A DNA stretch of 63,089 nucleotides, filler included, from Octopus bimaculoides (taxonomy: Eukaryota): NCBI RefSeq assembly GCF_001194135.2. It is 5 parts of 5 records of this genome, joined end to end, with 100 filler letters (N's around TTAATTAATTAA, not from the genome) between each part and the next. Parts side by side here need not be neighbours in the genome. Positions count along the whole stretch, not along the records: positions 1 to 31,227 come from NC_068998.1; 4 more parts are not named here. One strand, 5' to 3'. Below the pieces are notes generated by a model. It was not told the origin of the DNA. It saw only the letters and a program-made list of their open reading frames with translations, and did not search any database. Position 1 is the stretch's first letter. The number at the start of each line of letters is the position of its first letter. The position numbers and the translations under genes are program-made. Of this stretch, positions 14,069-26,994 are shown piece by piece.

Positions 14069-14583
14069 GTATATATATGATATATGTATATATATATATA
14101 AAATACATGCATACATGTAGGTATTTACTATGGAATCAAATTCAAAGATTCGCTAACTACCGAAGATAATGATAAAGTTCATGATGATGATGATAATGAT
14201 GATGATGAGAATAATAGCAATAGGCTTGAGGACAATTTAGAATGCAAAGCATTAAAAACGTCGGTGATGGATGATGTGATAGCTTTATTCTGTCATGTTG
14301 TAATTTCAATAGATCGTTGTATATCTCCGACAGATCGTTGTGTGATGGGAAGATGACCTGTTGGATAGTAAGGATATTGAACCAGCAGTGGCTGTCGGGG
14401 AGAGGCTGTTTAATTAGCTGGACAGACTGGCAGATGCGTCCACATACCATATATAATATGTGTGTGTGTAAGTGAGTGATTGTGTCTGTATAAACATACT
14501 ACACGCATACATACACACATAGATATATATCTATATATCTATATGTATATATATATATATATATATACGCATATGTATGTATA

Positions 14584-14648
<65 letters not shown>

Positions 14649-16194
14649 AAAGCATGTATGTGTGCCTCTGTGTGCATGTATGCACACACACACATAATAT
14701 ATATATACATACATGCATACTTACATATATATATACACACATATGTGTGTGTGTGTGTATTCATTGGTCGTCTGAGTATGACGATGATATTTAATTAAGC
14801 ATTTCAAGTTTTGGAAATTTTGTGACATGCACACGCAGGCATACTCACACACACACACACACACACACANNNNNNNNNNNNNNNNNNNNNNNNNNNNNNN
14901 NNNNNNNNNNNNNNNNNNNNNNNNNNNNNNNNNNNNNNNNNNNNNNNNNNNNNNNNNNNNNNNNNNNNNNNNNNNNNNNNNNNNNNNNNNNNNNNNNNNN
15001 NNNNNNNNNNNNNNNNNNNNNNNNNNNNNNNNNNNNNNNNNNNNNNNNNNNNNNNNNNNNNNNNNNNNNNNNNNNNNNNNNNNNNNNNNNNNNNNNNNNN
15101 NNNNNNNNNNNNNNNNNNNNNNNNNNNNNNNNNNNNNNNNAAAAAGGAACCCAGTGTAAATAAAGGACAGCGTCAAAACTATTGAAATGGTTGCAAGACG
15201 CAACGAGAATTTTAGGAAAATAAAAATAAGGAATAAGTGGAAATTTTGCCGGTGAGTGTGTTAAATGATAAGGTACAAAAAGAAAATGACTCTCCCCAGA
15301 CACAACAGAATATGCTTCATCACACGAACTCACATAAAAAAATCTTGCTAACCAAATCCAGAAATGAAATATATATTACAGGATGAGTAAAAAGTAAGCA
15401 ACGTTTTGAACCATGAAGAATTTGTATCGGATTGTTACAGAGTTCTGAATTTTTTAAAACACTTTTTTGGAATTGTCTGATTACAGAGACTTACACATGC
15501 ATCAATAAATTAACATTGATATTTTTTCACCATTGTTACAATCATCTGTAACCGAAATAACTCAAGGTATTGATGTAAACGCATCATCCTACTTGTGTCT
15601 TAATGATGTATGGAGATTTGAATACTTCAGATGTTACGACGTCTGAACAAGAACTATTGAGAAATCTGGGTATTGCAGACCAGAAGATGAAAAAAAGGAA
15701 GGTGGAAAAAAAAAAAGGAATTTTGCAGCTGCGGCTAATGAAACACGAGAAGAGATTTGTTTTAAGAAGGTGGACTTGAAAAGTACAGGGAAATCCTGTA
15801 AAGGGAGAGGCACGAAATAAGTGACCCCTCCGAATGAAGTTACAAAGGACACGCAAAAAGAGATACTAATATATATAGAACGTATAGTCTGGATGCAAAT
15901 AGAATGGAGATAGTGAAAAAATACAAGTTGAGAGGGATTTGAGACCCATCTGGCAGGATGTCACCTATCTTGCCTGAGGGAGGACATACGTAACATTGGA
16001 GGTGCGATTTGCATCCGACGAGAAGGCTAGGCAATATTCAGTAGCCTCCCTGAAAACGGATGAGGTAATACTTCTGGGCACTCTTTTCTTATGTGGCCCT
16101 CTGGCCACGTTTATACCAGCGGGGCTTTCTGCCTTCTACTATAACTCTTAACGCTATATACTCGCCCACCGAATGTTATGGTGTCGACCATTCT

Positions 16195-16485
16195 TTCAAG
16201 GGTTGGACAAAATGATGGAAACACCTAGCATCATAGCTCCCTAATTTTGAAATATCTATAAAACCGTCACAAGCGTATCTATTTTTATTTTTTGTTTTTT
16301 AATTTATTATTAGTGTTGCTGAATAATCCTTCACCATCATCACTACAAGAACTGGAGACTGTTTTAGCTGAAGAATGGACGAAAATTCCTTTGGAAAAAA
16401 TTCAAACTTTGTACGAGTCCATAGAATTCAAACTGTAGAATTCAAGCTGTAATTACTGCCAAAGGCGGTCCTACTCTATATAAAT
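16195..16485 (+). mobile_element. Internally deleted Tc1-like element (TIR-like start plus transposase C-terminus)
   Basis: caagggttggacaaaatgatggaaacacc resembles a Tc1 TIR. Downstream reads NPSPSSLQELETVLAEEWTKIPLEKIQTLYESI...RIQAVITAKGGPTLY*. Confidence 0.7.
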
Positions 16486-16624
16486 ATAAATTTGTTTGAA
16501 ATTTATCTCGATCGGCATTTTCCGAACGATTAGGGTTAGTGTATAGGTTTTCATTTATGTGGATTAACTACAGCATTAGAGCATTAGAGTATATGTGTTT
16601 GTGTGTGTGTGTGCGCGCGCGCGT

Positions 16625-16850
16625 CTGTGTGGAATATATGTATCTATGAGTGTCTTTGTGCTTGTCCCCACCACCACTTGACAGTCGTTGCTGGTTTTTT
16701 TATATCACCGTAACCTAGCGATTACCAGGCTTTTTAGAAAAATAAGTAGCGAGGGGCGATTCATTCGACTAAACCCTTCACGTCGGTGCCTCAGCATGGC
16801 CGCAGTGCAATATCTGTAACATGGAAAAGATAAAATATAAAATAAATACG
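16625..16850 (+). mobile_element. SINE 3' portion (degenerate)
   Basis: gtgtctttgtgcttgtccccaccaccacttgacag...aaaaataagta...cgattcattcgactaaacccttca..ggtgcctcagcatggccgcag. Related segments recur at ~30290 and ~50670. Confidence 0.55.
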
Positions 16851-17396
16851 TGAATAACGTCTTCGGTAAATTTCCTGTAACATGACAAGACTTCATTACA
16901 TGAACATGCTTATCTCACAAGAAGGCCAATCAGAATTAATCTTCGTGTTAATACAAAATACAATCAGTTGAGAAAATCTGCACTCTTCTAATTAACCGTT
17001 CACTAATTATCCTTTGTTGATAAAGAACTTCATGGGTAAATTACAAAAGAGAGCAATGTTCAACTTTTATCTGTTCCGATAGTGAGGCTGCTATTGTCCC
17101 GGTCTCGCTACTGCTGTACAACAAAAATGTTTTAGTAGAAGTTGAAAGGAAGTAATTAGTTTCTATCGTTGTGTGAACATTTCCAAATAGGGCAGTTTAC
17201 CTTCTGCCTCTGCCAATACAGTACAACAGAAATCTGCTATTTTGTGGTTGAATGATGCTGAGACGACATCGATCTCCAAGACAAATAGTCACATCGGGAA
17301 ATACGGTGGTCGGTTTCACGAACATAGGAGAAATACAGAAGGCTCACAGTCTCGGAATGGTTTTGATCATAAGTCTGCACAATCAGGCGCTAACCA

Positions 17397-17450
<54 letters not shown>

Positions 17451-17960
17451 CCAGGAAGATTAATTTGAAGAAGAATGGTATTCAATAGTTATACTTTAAA
17501 TGGGTTCTTTAGTATAATTTCGAAAAATAAATGGGATAATCACAGCTGGAACGCCTTTGATCAATCATAGATTTGTTCGTACAGGGCCTGAATCGGATTA
17601 AATAGCAACGGTAATGTGTGTAAATGTGTGGGCGAGTGTTTGTGTGTCTGTGAGTGTGTATGAGCGTGAGAGATAAAGTGAAAGAGAAAGAGAAATCGAA
17701 GGAGAAACAGAGAGGGAGAGACTGTGTGTGTCTGTGTATGTATATGTGTTTGTGTGCATGTGGGCATGTGGGCATGTGTGAGCGTGTAAGTGTGTAGGTG
17801 TGTATGCATTTTACCACAGTGAATCAACGAGCATCGATTGGAATCAAACAAGGCACAGTCACAATATTGGTTCTTCAGTAAACATACGCACACATATATA
17901 CATACACACAAATATACACATGCATAAACGCGTACATAGACGTATGCATGCAAACATATA

Positions 17961-18054
<94 letters not shown>

Positions 18055-18368
18055 TACATGTATATGCACACACGCACACATGCTCACACACACATATCAG
18101 CACCACTTGTAGGACACACAAACACTCATACACTTATTTAATGTTTACACACACACATACATACATACATACATACGTGCCTACATAGTACTTACGTCCA
18201 TCCATGCATCTAACCATACATACATGGATGGGTTTTCTCGTTTACTCTCATGCTCTCTGTCGCATGCTATCTTTATCTCATTCTTTTCTATTCTCCCCCT
18301 CTCTCTATCCTTCTGTCTTTTCCCCTCTCAACCACTAGCTTATTCTCTCTCTCTCTCTNNNNNNNNNN

Positions 18369-18407
<39 letters not shown>

Positions 18408-18649
18408 TCTCACGCTCTTCTTTCTCTTCTATCTGTCGCCTCGTGCCATCAATACTAATGAGGCTTCCGCTTGCTTTAAATCACTGCTGTTTCATAATAA
18501 ACCTACAACGGTAAGGAAACCACAAACACGACATCTGTTGACAGTTATTGCACAACTCCATTGTTTTAGGTCGTCCAATTACGTCAAACGAAAGTTTCTT
18601 TGTCAATATTTTATTTCCTATTTCTATTTGTTTCTGCTCTTTATTAAGC

Positions 18650-19160
18650 TTCAGGCAGATCGCTATTTTAGTGTTGTTCGGAAAGACAACAGTGAGGTAA
18701 TGGAGTTCATACTGATATATACACACATAAGAAGGCTCAAACGAGACTTACAATGGAGTTATGCTATCACGTCTAAGACGATGCTGTTACTCTGCCTATA
18801 GATATCCTGGGCCACATCCAGAAAAGAGCTATTTGACTAAATGGAATTCAGTTACTATCAAACATACACCAGTCTCTTGCTCGCGTGTGTGCTGGCTCCT
18901 CTCTGTCTTTTTTATTGCTTCTATAATGGCTTCTGTTCCTTGCTGTTGGATGATCTGGTACCACCATGGCCTGGGCAGATTTGATTCACTTGCCTTTCTA
19001 TCTCTCGTCAACTCTGGTGCATCCAACGTCTTCCAATATTTTCAGACTTTTCTCTCCAGATGATTGCCCCACTGGAAACCCCTCCGTGTCCATGCTTTTT
19101 CCTGTACGTCTTGACACGCATCAATTTAAAAGGAACATTAACAGCATCAAAATAACCTAA
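18650..19160 (+). mobile_element. CR1/Jockey-like LINE 3' end (post-RT region), highly degenerate
   Basis: Across stops: YTHIRR...DILGHIQKRAI...SLARV...SSLS and FPVRLDTHQFKRNIN*, similar to the CR1-type LLDRVQKRA / SL.HRR..ASLS / FP..Y.L..FK motifs. Confidence 0.6.
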
Positions 19161-21290
19161 AAGGACCTAAGAAGTCATGGGCACTGTCCCTTCCTCAAGA
19201 ATAAATAGTTAAACATCAAAGTAAAACAACAACAACACAAGGAAGAGAAAATGGAAGACATTCGTCTCTGAAAACAAAACTAGACTTCTAATACAGAAAA
19301 TGTTTAGAATCTACATCTGCGTGTGTGTATTTTAGAGAAATCTTATGAAAAGGTCGCTTGAAAGGCACAGTGGGCGCTTTCCTGACAAATGTTCCTACCA
19401 CCTTGTATTACTAGGAATTACTAGAAATTAAAGCAAAATTTTCAAGGAAAAGTGCTGATACGTTCTAGTTCGTTCTTCTAGATGATCTAGTACCTTATTT
19501 TTTAGCTCATACATAGTTATAAGGGGACATTTAAATTTTCCGCAACCCCTATTCAGATTTTCGCTAGCAAGTCTTTGCGATAGAAATTTGTTTATTCACA
19601 CGTAAAATATTATTATGAAGTCGTAAACAGCCTACATATAACTAATAATATGAAGCTGCAAAGTAGCTAGTCTAACATCACATCTTAACTCCTTCTCTGG
19701 ATCCCTTTACTGTATAATGCAAGTTATAATAGAGAACTTTATTTCACAATGTCTCACGATGAAAGAATATAGAGCTCCCCAAACACTCAGCCTACACCTA
19801 ACTAACTCTCATAATATTAAAATACAAATGTTTTAAAACTAAACCTGGGACCATATGAAAACCACTTAAAGGTCTTTTTATTTGTGAAGAGTAAGCGATT
19901 TGGTAACACCTTCGCTGTAGTAATTACAATGTTCCTGCATGAAAGAGGGAAGATNNNNNNNNNNNNNNNNNNNNNNNNNNNNNNNNNNNNNNNNNNNNNN
20001 NNNNNNNTGAACAATGCTTTGGTGGCTGGAACATGTCATTAGATTTTCTTTTAAATATTTTAATCCGCAAATATTTAAAACAAAGTAGGCTCCTTGAGAG
20101 TTTATTAGGGGAAAAGTCGGCAGTTTTCTAGAAACTTAATCTAACTTAATATTAGGTGACCACATTTAATTCAGCAAAAAATGCTATTCTAGCACTGGTA
20201 TGGAACGAAGGATATTGGAAAATTGGGGTTGAGTCTGTACAATATCGTTTGTAAATCCTCCGTAAGATGAACAATGGTTTTAGGATTGAGTTGTGTAATT
20301 AAAAAAGTGTTTGCTGTTGGCATATTTGTTGGTCTCATTATATTAATCAATATTAATCGATTTGGAAAGTATCATCAACTAGAAAGTCAGTGCGTTTGCA
20401 ATTGACTGCTCATGATTTATTTTATGGAAATAATAAACTGCAAAGGTAAATTGACAAAATAAACGATATCGTCTGCTTTTGATCTCCTAAGTTCAGTAAG
20501 TAACTACAGCCACAGGTAACAAATGGATCTTTTTACTCAGTACGGCATAACCTTTCATCTTTCTAGGGTTAATAAAATAAGAAAGGTAGGTTTAATTGAC
20601 CCTTACTTTCTTCAAACATTCTGTGTCTCTGTATCTCTGTGCCGAAGGTGAAAAATCATTATTTTCTTGATATTAGTCTATTTCTACAAGTCATCTAATC
20701 CCTCTCCTCTTCATCACCCAACTCTTTCCCGTCTTTATTTCTAAACCTATTTTCTAATTATATTGACATGTGTTCACCTGTTACTTTATTTGCATTTTGT
20801 TCTTTCATTCAATTATGAATTTCCACCATTAGTTCCTATGCATTTGCAAGCATCTATGTTTTTCTTATACGGCTTCGTTCGTTCGGATATAAATGATTAT
20901 TAAAATGCAAGAGATTTTCAAATGCAGACGATCTTCTTTTTCTTGACGTTACAGGCATATTAAGCAGACCTTTGCTTCGCTGTAACGGAATGTAATATCC
21001 TTGACCAATACGCCGGTCAAGTTTCGATGGAGCTGCTTCCGTTCAGCAGAATCACAGCTCGTCGGTGAAGCGATATAATGAACTCTGTGATTCTATGACT
21101 CTACAATACTGTGCATTACTATGAATTCTTCGGCCATGATTGTCTCTCATAGGCCAGGTCAAGGGGCATATCATCGCGTGTTTGTGTTCCTTGAGTGTGT
21201 TTATTTACATGTGTGTATGCATTTATGTATGTATGTATGTATGTATGTATGTATGTACATATATACATACATATATATACATGCATGCCC

Positions 21291-21348
<58 letters not shown>

Positions 21349-21485
21349 GTCCGTGCTTATATGTATATCTATGCATGTGTGTGTCTGTGTTTATGCTTAC
21401 ATACATACATATATATACATATATGTATACATTTATCAGTATATATAATGTATATATATGTATCTAGGTATGCATGCACATGCGT

Positions 21486-21532
<47 letters not shown>

Positions 21533-23148
21533 NNNNNNNNNNNNNNNNNNNNNNNNNNNNNNNNNNNNNNNNNNNNNNNNNNNNNNNNNNNNNNNNNNNN
21601 NNNNNNNNNNNNNNNNNNNNNNNNNNNNNNNNNNNNNNNNNNNNNNNNNNNNNNNNNNNNNNNNNNNNNNNNNNNNNNNNNNNNNNNNNNNNNNNNNNNN
21701 NNNNNNNNNNNNNNNNNNNNNNNNNNNNNNNNNNNNNNNNNNNNNNNNNNNNNNNNNNNNNNNNNNNNNNNNNNNNNNNNNNNNNNNNNNNNNNNNNNNN
21801 NNNNNNNNNNNNNNNNNNNNNNNNNNNNNNNNNNNNNNNNNNNNNNNNNNNNNNNNNNNNNNNNNNNNNNNNNNNNNNNNNNNNNNNNNNNNNNNNNNNN
21901 NNNNNNNNNNNNNNNNNNNNNNNNNNNNNNNNNNNNNNNNNNNNNNNNNNNNNNNNNNNNNNNNNNNNNNNNNNNNNNNNNNNNNNNNNNNNNNNNNNNN
22001 NNNNNNNNNNNNNNNNNNNNNNNNNNNNNNNNNNNNNNNNNNNNNNNNNNNNNNNNNNNNNNNNNNNNNNNNNNNNNNNNNNNNNNNNNNNNNNNNNNNN
22101 NNNNNNNNNNNNNNNNNNNNNNNNNNNNNNNNNNNNNNNNNNNNNNNNNNNNNNNNATATATACAGGCACACACACTCATATATAAACACATATAGATGT
22201 GGCAAAATTATTTGTCCCTTCCATTGCATGTTTTCGTTTCTGTCCGCAGCACGAGAAAGTTGTGGTGATGAAAACAGTGTTTGTGCTGAGAAAGCTGGAA
22301 GTAAAGGTGAAATATATTATAATGAGAAGTGCATTAGATTCATAAGGAATAATACTGAAAGGATGGGAGAGAAAGAATGGGAGAGAAAGAGAGAGAGAGA
22401 AAGAGAGAGAGAGAAAGAGTATGAAACTATATTCAATCGGCAAGTTTGACATCGATTGCAGAAGCAGTAAAATTTTGGAAACCATGAACGTAAGTTACAA
22501 GAAGGAAGAAACAGCGTAAATGTAAGAGTAGAGGTAAAAAAAAACAACAACCCAAAGGCAGAGAGACACAATAAAGGAGAGGAATTAGAGAGGTAACGTG
22601 ATAGAGTAAGAGAAGTATAGTGATTGCGTGAATAAGCGGGTAAGAGCTAGAAAGCCTGACATAGATCGTGAATCTTAGCGAGTTTTGTCGGAGAAAACGT
22701 TGAGAAATTAAGAGAAGAGGAACTTGTGACGAAAAGAGCAGAGCCTTATGAACTGCAAACAGGAAGTTGGGACGCTTTATTAATGTTTCATATGTGTATG
22801 TCGGAGGCATATTAGAAGAAGTGCTAAGCTGAAAGTGAAAAAATTAAACTGTAGCAATTGCTAAGACAAAATAACCCTCTGTTCGTTGCAGTTGCACCTG
22901 AATTGGTAAGGTAACTACATAAATAACACGAGAAAAATAGGAGCAACGATTTTAGGCAAAAGCATATGAGTATTTCTTTGTAGTGCTCACGTGGCGGGCT
23001 GTTGCTGGAGGAAGCATGAATGTTAGAAGTTAGAAGATGCCGAAACTACTGTGATTTCTAGTCGACAGCTGATGAAAGGAGTGTCCTGCAATTAGAGTTC
23101 TTATATAAAATAAATAAAATAAATATTAACATGTATGCCTGAACATAT

Positions 23149-23185
<37 letters not shown>

Positions 23186-23527
23186 NNNNNNNNNNNNNNN
23201 NNNNNNNNNNNNNNNNNNNNNNNNNNNNNNNNNNNNNNNNNNNNNNNNNNNNNNNNNNNNNNNNNNNNNNNNNNNNNNNNNNNNNNNNNNNNNNNNNNNN
23301 NNNNNNNNNNNNNNNNNNNNNNNNNNNNNNNNNNNNNNNNNNNNNNNNNNNNNNNNNNNNNNNNNNNNNNNNNNNNNNNNNNNNNNNNNNNNNNNNNNNN
23401 NNNNNNNNNNNNNNNNNNNNNNNNNNNNNNNNNNNNNNNNNNNNNNNNNNNNNNNNNNNNNNNNNNNNNNNNNNNNNNNNNNNNNNNNNNNNNNNNNNNN
23501 NCATATATACTTAAATATGTATGCATA

Positions 23528-23564
<37 letters not shown>

Positions 23565-23769
23565 TTGTGCGTGCGTCCGTGTGTGTGTTCCTAACCGCGC
23601 AGCAATTATTGTTGGAATGATTCTGATGGTAGACCTGCTCGATCAGGGCCGACTTGGGGATTAAAGAACGATCTCCATCACTCCTACCACCATCACTCCT
23701 ACCACCATCACCTCCACCACCGTTACTACTATCATCGCTACCACCACTATTACCACCACCATTACCACG

Positions 23770-23831
<62 letters not shown>

Positions 23832-24434
23832 CGTAACGACAACATCGGACGTACATGCAGTTTCCGTGTCTTCATTTCATCCACTTTAATTAAAAGAGAC
23901 TTACAGATGCCAATAAAAGTGGGAGTGGGGGAGTGGGAGGTAATAACTTCATTATAACATGTCGTGTCTCCAGAACAGACAGATTGTTTCTGACCGTTGC
24001 CAGGATTATTTCCTGAAATGTGCAGGCGTCTCTCTTGTGTTTAGAAGTTCGTTTCTCATCTACTCTGTTTTGGAGTTGTATCTACTGCGTTCCATTATTC
24101 TGCGGCACCATCTTTGAGTTGTTGTTTCTTGTACATCTTTTATGTTTCGGTGGAAACTGTTGAGAAAGTCTCGATAGTCTTCTGAAATAGCTCCAGGCCT
24201 AGCACTTGCTTCCGAGTGTACTTTGGTAGACATAATGAGACCCAGCACCACCTTTACTACCACCGCCCTCAGTACCGCCATCACCATTACCATCATCATC
24301 ACCAGCACCACTAATACCAGTACTACTAGTACCAGCACCCGCACCAACACCCTCACCAGCACCACTACTACTACCACTTCCACTACAAGCACCTGACCTT
24401 TGGTTCCTTCATGGTAAAAAAAAAAAAATAAATG

Positions 24435-24654
24435 TGCCCTTTTAAAGCCTAGCCAGGCTCATGGGCCCGGTTTCCCGGTTTCAATGGCGTATGTGTTCCC
24501 CAGCTTTACTCGTTTTTGTCAGCTGAGTGGACTGGAGCAACGTGAAATGAAGTGCTTTGCTCAAGAACACAGCGCGTCGCCCGTTCCAGGAATCGAAACC
24601 ACAATGTTACGATCATGATGCTGACACCCTAACCACTAAGCCACGCGCCTCCAC
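24435..24654 (-). mobile_element. tRNA-derived SINE
   Basis: Reverse complement begins gtggaggcgcgtggcttagtggttagggtgtcag (A box) ... gtggtttcgattcc (B box), then gtgttcttgagcaaagcacttcatttcacgttgctccagtccactcagctg. A sister copy is at 52808-52950 (+). Confidence 0.85.
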
Positions 24655-24699
24655 GTTCGTTCATTGTAGGTCATTGTAAAACATCCGCAACAAATCATA

Positions 24700-25050
24700 T
24701 ATCTGAGTAAAACCCTACCCTTTTTTGTTACTAGTCATCGCTATCATGCAAAAGGAGCATTTCCGCTGGCCCTCTCTCAATGTGCCCTGCCAGAAAGCGT
24801 TGGCGATCATAGGTCTCCATGTCCTTCTGTCCCACACTGAACGATTTTTAGGCCAGTGTTTTTGGAACCAGCTCAGTAATGGCATTGAGGACCTCATACT
24901 TCCCTGCTTTCTTCTTCCTTTCTAGTTCTCGGTTGGCACGAGACATGAGATTGTATCTAGTAGTGAGGTACCGGAATTCTTCGAAGTGGGCAGCTGCTCT
25001 TTAGTTACCACAACCCCCATATTTGCTCTGTCCCGGTGGTAGCAGTACTT
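24700..25050 (-). mobile_element. Possible L1/Tx1-like LINE C-terminal (zf-RVT-like) remnant
   Basis: NAFWQGTLREGQRKCSFC resembles the AW...RG.LP......C..C motif. Heavily disrupted. Confidence 0.35.
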
Positions 25051-25864
25051 GTCAAGGACCCCAGTTATTAGTCAAACAGCAGAAGATAGCTCTGTGGCTC
25101 AGAGACACATGATTGAGAGGGGAAGTGGTCCGGAATATAGTATCATATAGGTTACATGTATGTGACATGGTCTGATGTCGTATGAACTTATTCCCTTGAG
25201 AAAAGTTTAAACAGACACCATACAGCAGTAATAAGCCCAAGTAAGTACGAGACTAACAGTGTGTGTGTCTGTGTGCGCGTGCGTGCGTGCAAATTTATGT
25301 GTATATACATCTGTATGTGTGTGTGCTTATGTGTATGTTTATGCATCAGTACGTGTGTGTGTGTGTGGATGTAAACTAATACAGTCCCACCTTCTGTACT
25401 ATAGTATTCTGTCGATACACGGTATTCTGAAACAGGCTGTTTGATATCTATTATAAAAATTAATTATATGAGCCAAATTATATCGCGTTGGCATTATCAA
25501 TAGTAATTAGTAATAAATTATAAAAGCATTGACACAAAATACAAATGTATTAATCACACTTCTCTTCCATACCTTAAACCAAACTCCATATTTGCGAAAG
25601 AAAAACGATGAAGCAGCCAAACAAAATGCGTCATATGTTGGCAAACCACTGTTTATGACATATTCGAGTAGTCTAAACGAGCCCGATCTGGATAGTTTAC
25701 AGAGGTGGCGGGTGACCCGAATCTAGCCTTTCGTTTCTGATCTATGTATGCTGTAGCTGGGTCCGGGAGGTGCTATGATGCTGTTAAGACGGCCCGGGTC
25801 AAGATTCTTCTTCTTCTCATCACCATCATCTTTCTTCTTTCATCTCTCTTGTTTCCTGAACCAC

Positions 25865-26092
25865 CACCTCCTCTTACTCCTCTCCTCCTCTTACTCCTCT
25901 CCTCCTCTTACTCCTCTCCTCCTCTTACTCCTCTCCTCCTCTTACTCCTCTCCTCCTCTTACTCCTCTCCTCCTCTTACTCCTCTCCTCCTCTTACTCCT
26001 CTCCTCCTCTCCTCCTCTTACTCCTCTCCTCCTCTTACTCCTCTCCTCCTCTCCTCCTCTTACTCCTCTCCTCCTCTTACTCCTCTCCTCCT
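25865..26092. repeat. 17-bp pyrimidine-rich minisatellite (cttactcctctcctcct)n
   Basis: Directly visible tandem copies. Confidence 0.9.
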
Positions 26093-26994
26093 CCTCATTC
26101 TCATCATCATCTTGTTGTTGTTGTTGTTGTTCGTCTTCTTCTTCGTCTTCGTCTTCGTCTTCTTCTTCTTCTTCTTCTTTACCTCCACAAATATACATCA
26201 ATACAATTANNNNNNNNNNNNNNNNNNNNNNNNNNNNNNNNNNNNNNNNNNNNNNNNNNNNNNNNNNNNNNNNNNNNNNNNNNNNNNNNNNNNNNNNNNN
26301 NNNNNNNNNNNNNNNNNNNNNNNNNNNNNNNNNNNNNNNNNNNNNNNNNNNNNNNNNNNNNNNNNNNNNNNNNNNNNNNNNNNNNNNNNNNNNNNNNNNN
26401 NNNNGTCTTCTTCTTCTTCTTCTTCTTTACCTCCACAAATATACATCAATACAATTATCACTACCTTCTACTCAACATAAGCAATAAACTGAAATGAGAC
26501 TGTCTGTTGATTTCGAGATTAGTATTGTATATAATAAATATTACGTAACATAAATGCTTCAACGTTCACACACATACACTCGCGCACTTTGTCACACACA
26601 TGTATACACATATATATGTGTACATACACATATACATATACACAGAGACACAGGCAGATATATACACACGCACGTATATATATAAACTTAAACATGTTTG
26701 TGTGTGTCTCTGTCTGTATACATGCAAGTTGGTCAAACATATGCTAACATTTATCGATAACTCCATGAATAAGTTTCATAACATATCATTTACATCACAG
26801 TTCCCTCGAAATGTAGTCGAACATAGAAATCTTAAAACAACTACAAAAGTTTCGCTAAACATATCAAATCTCTTATGTTCCCATCGATCGCAAGGTTACC
26901 AACAGGTGAATGTCACGTAGACCAAACTAATCACACTGACAGCACCATTGGTATCGGCAAGTTTTCATACGATGTTGCTGATTAAAAATATTCT

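Noticed and set aside
20307-20386. VFAVGIFVGLIILININRFGKYHQLE as the S2 exon end
   Set aside because: No S2 Glu/Lys pair, no acceptor, and the only GT is in phase 1 whereas phase 0 is required.
24090-24185. FHYSAAPSLSCCFLYIFYVSVETVEKV as the missing S2 exon
   Set aside because: Spacing between FHY and E...K is wrong, the frame hits a stop, and no phase-0 donor is available to join 33268.
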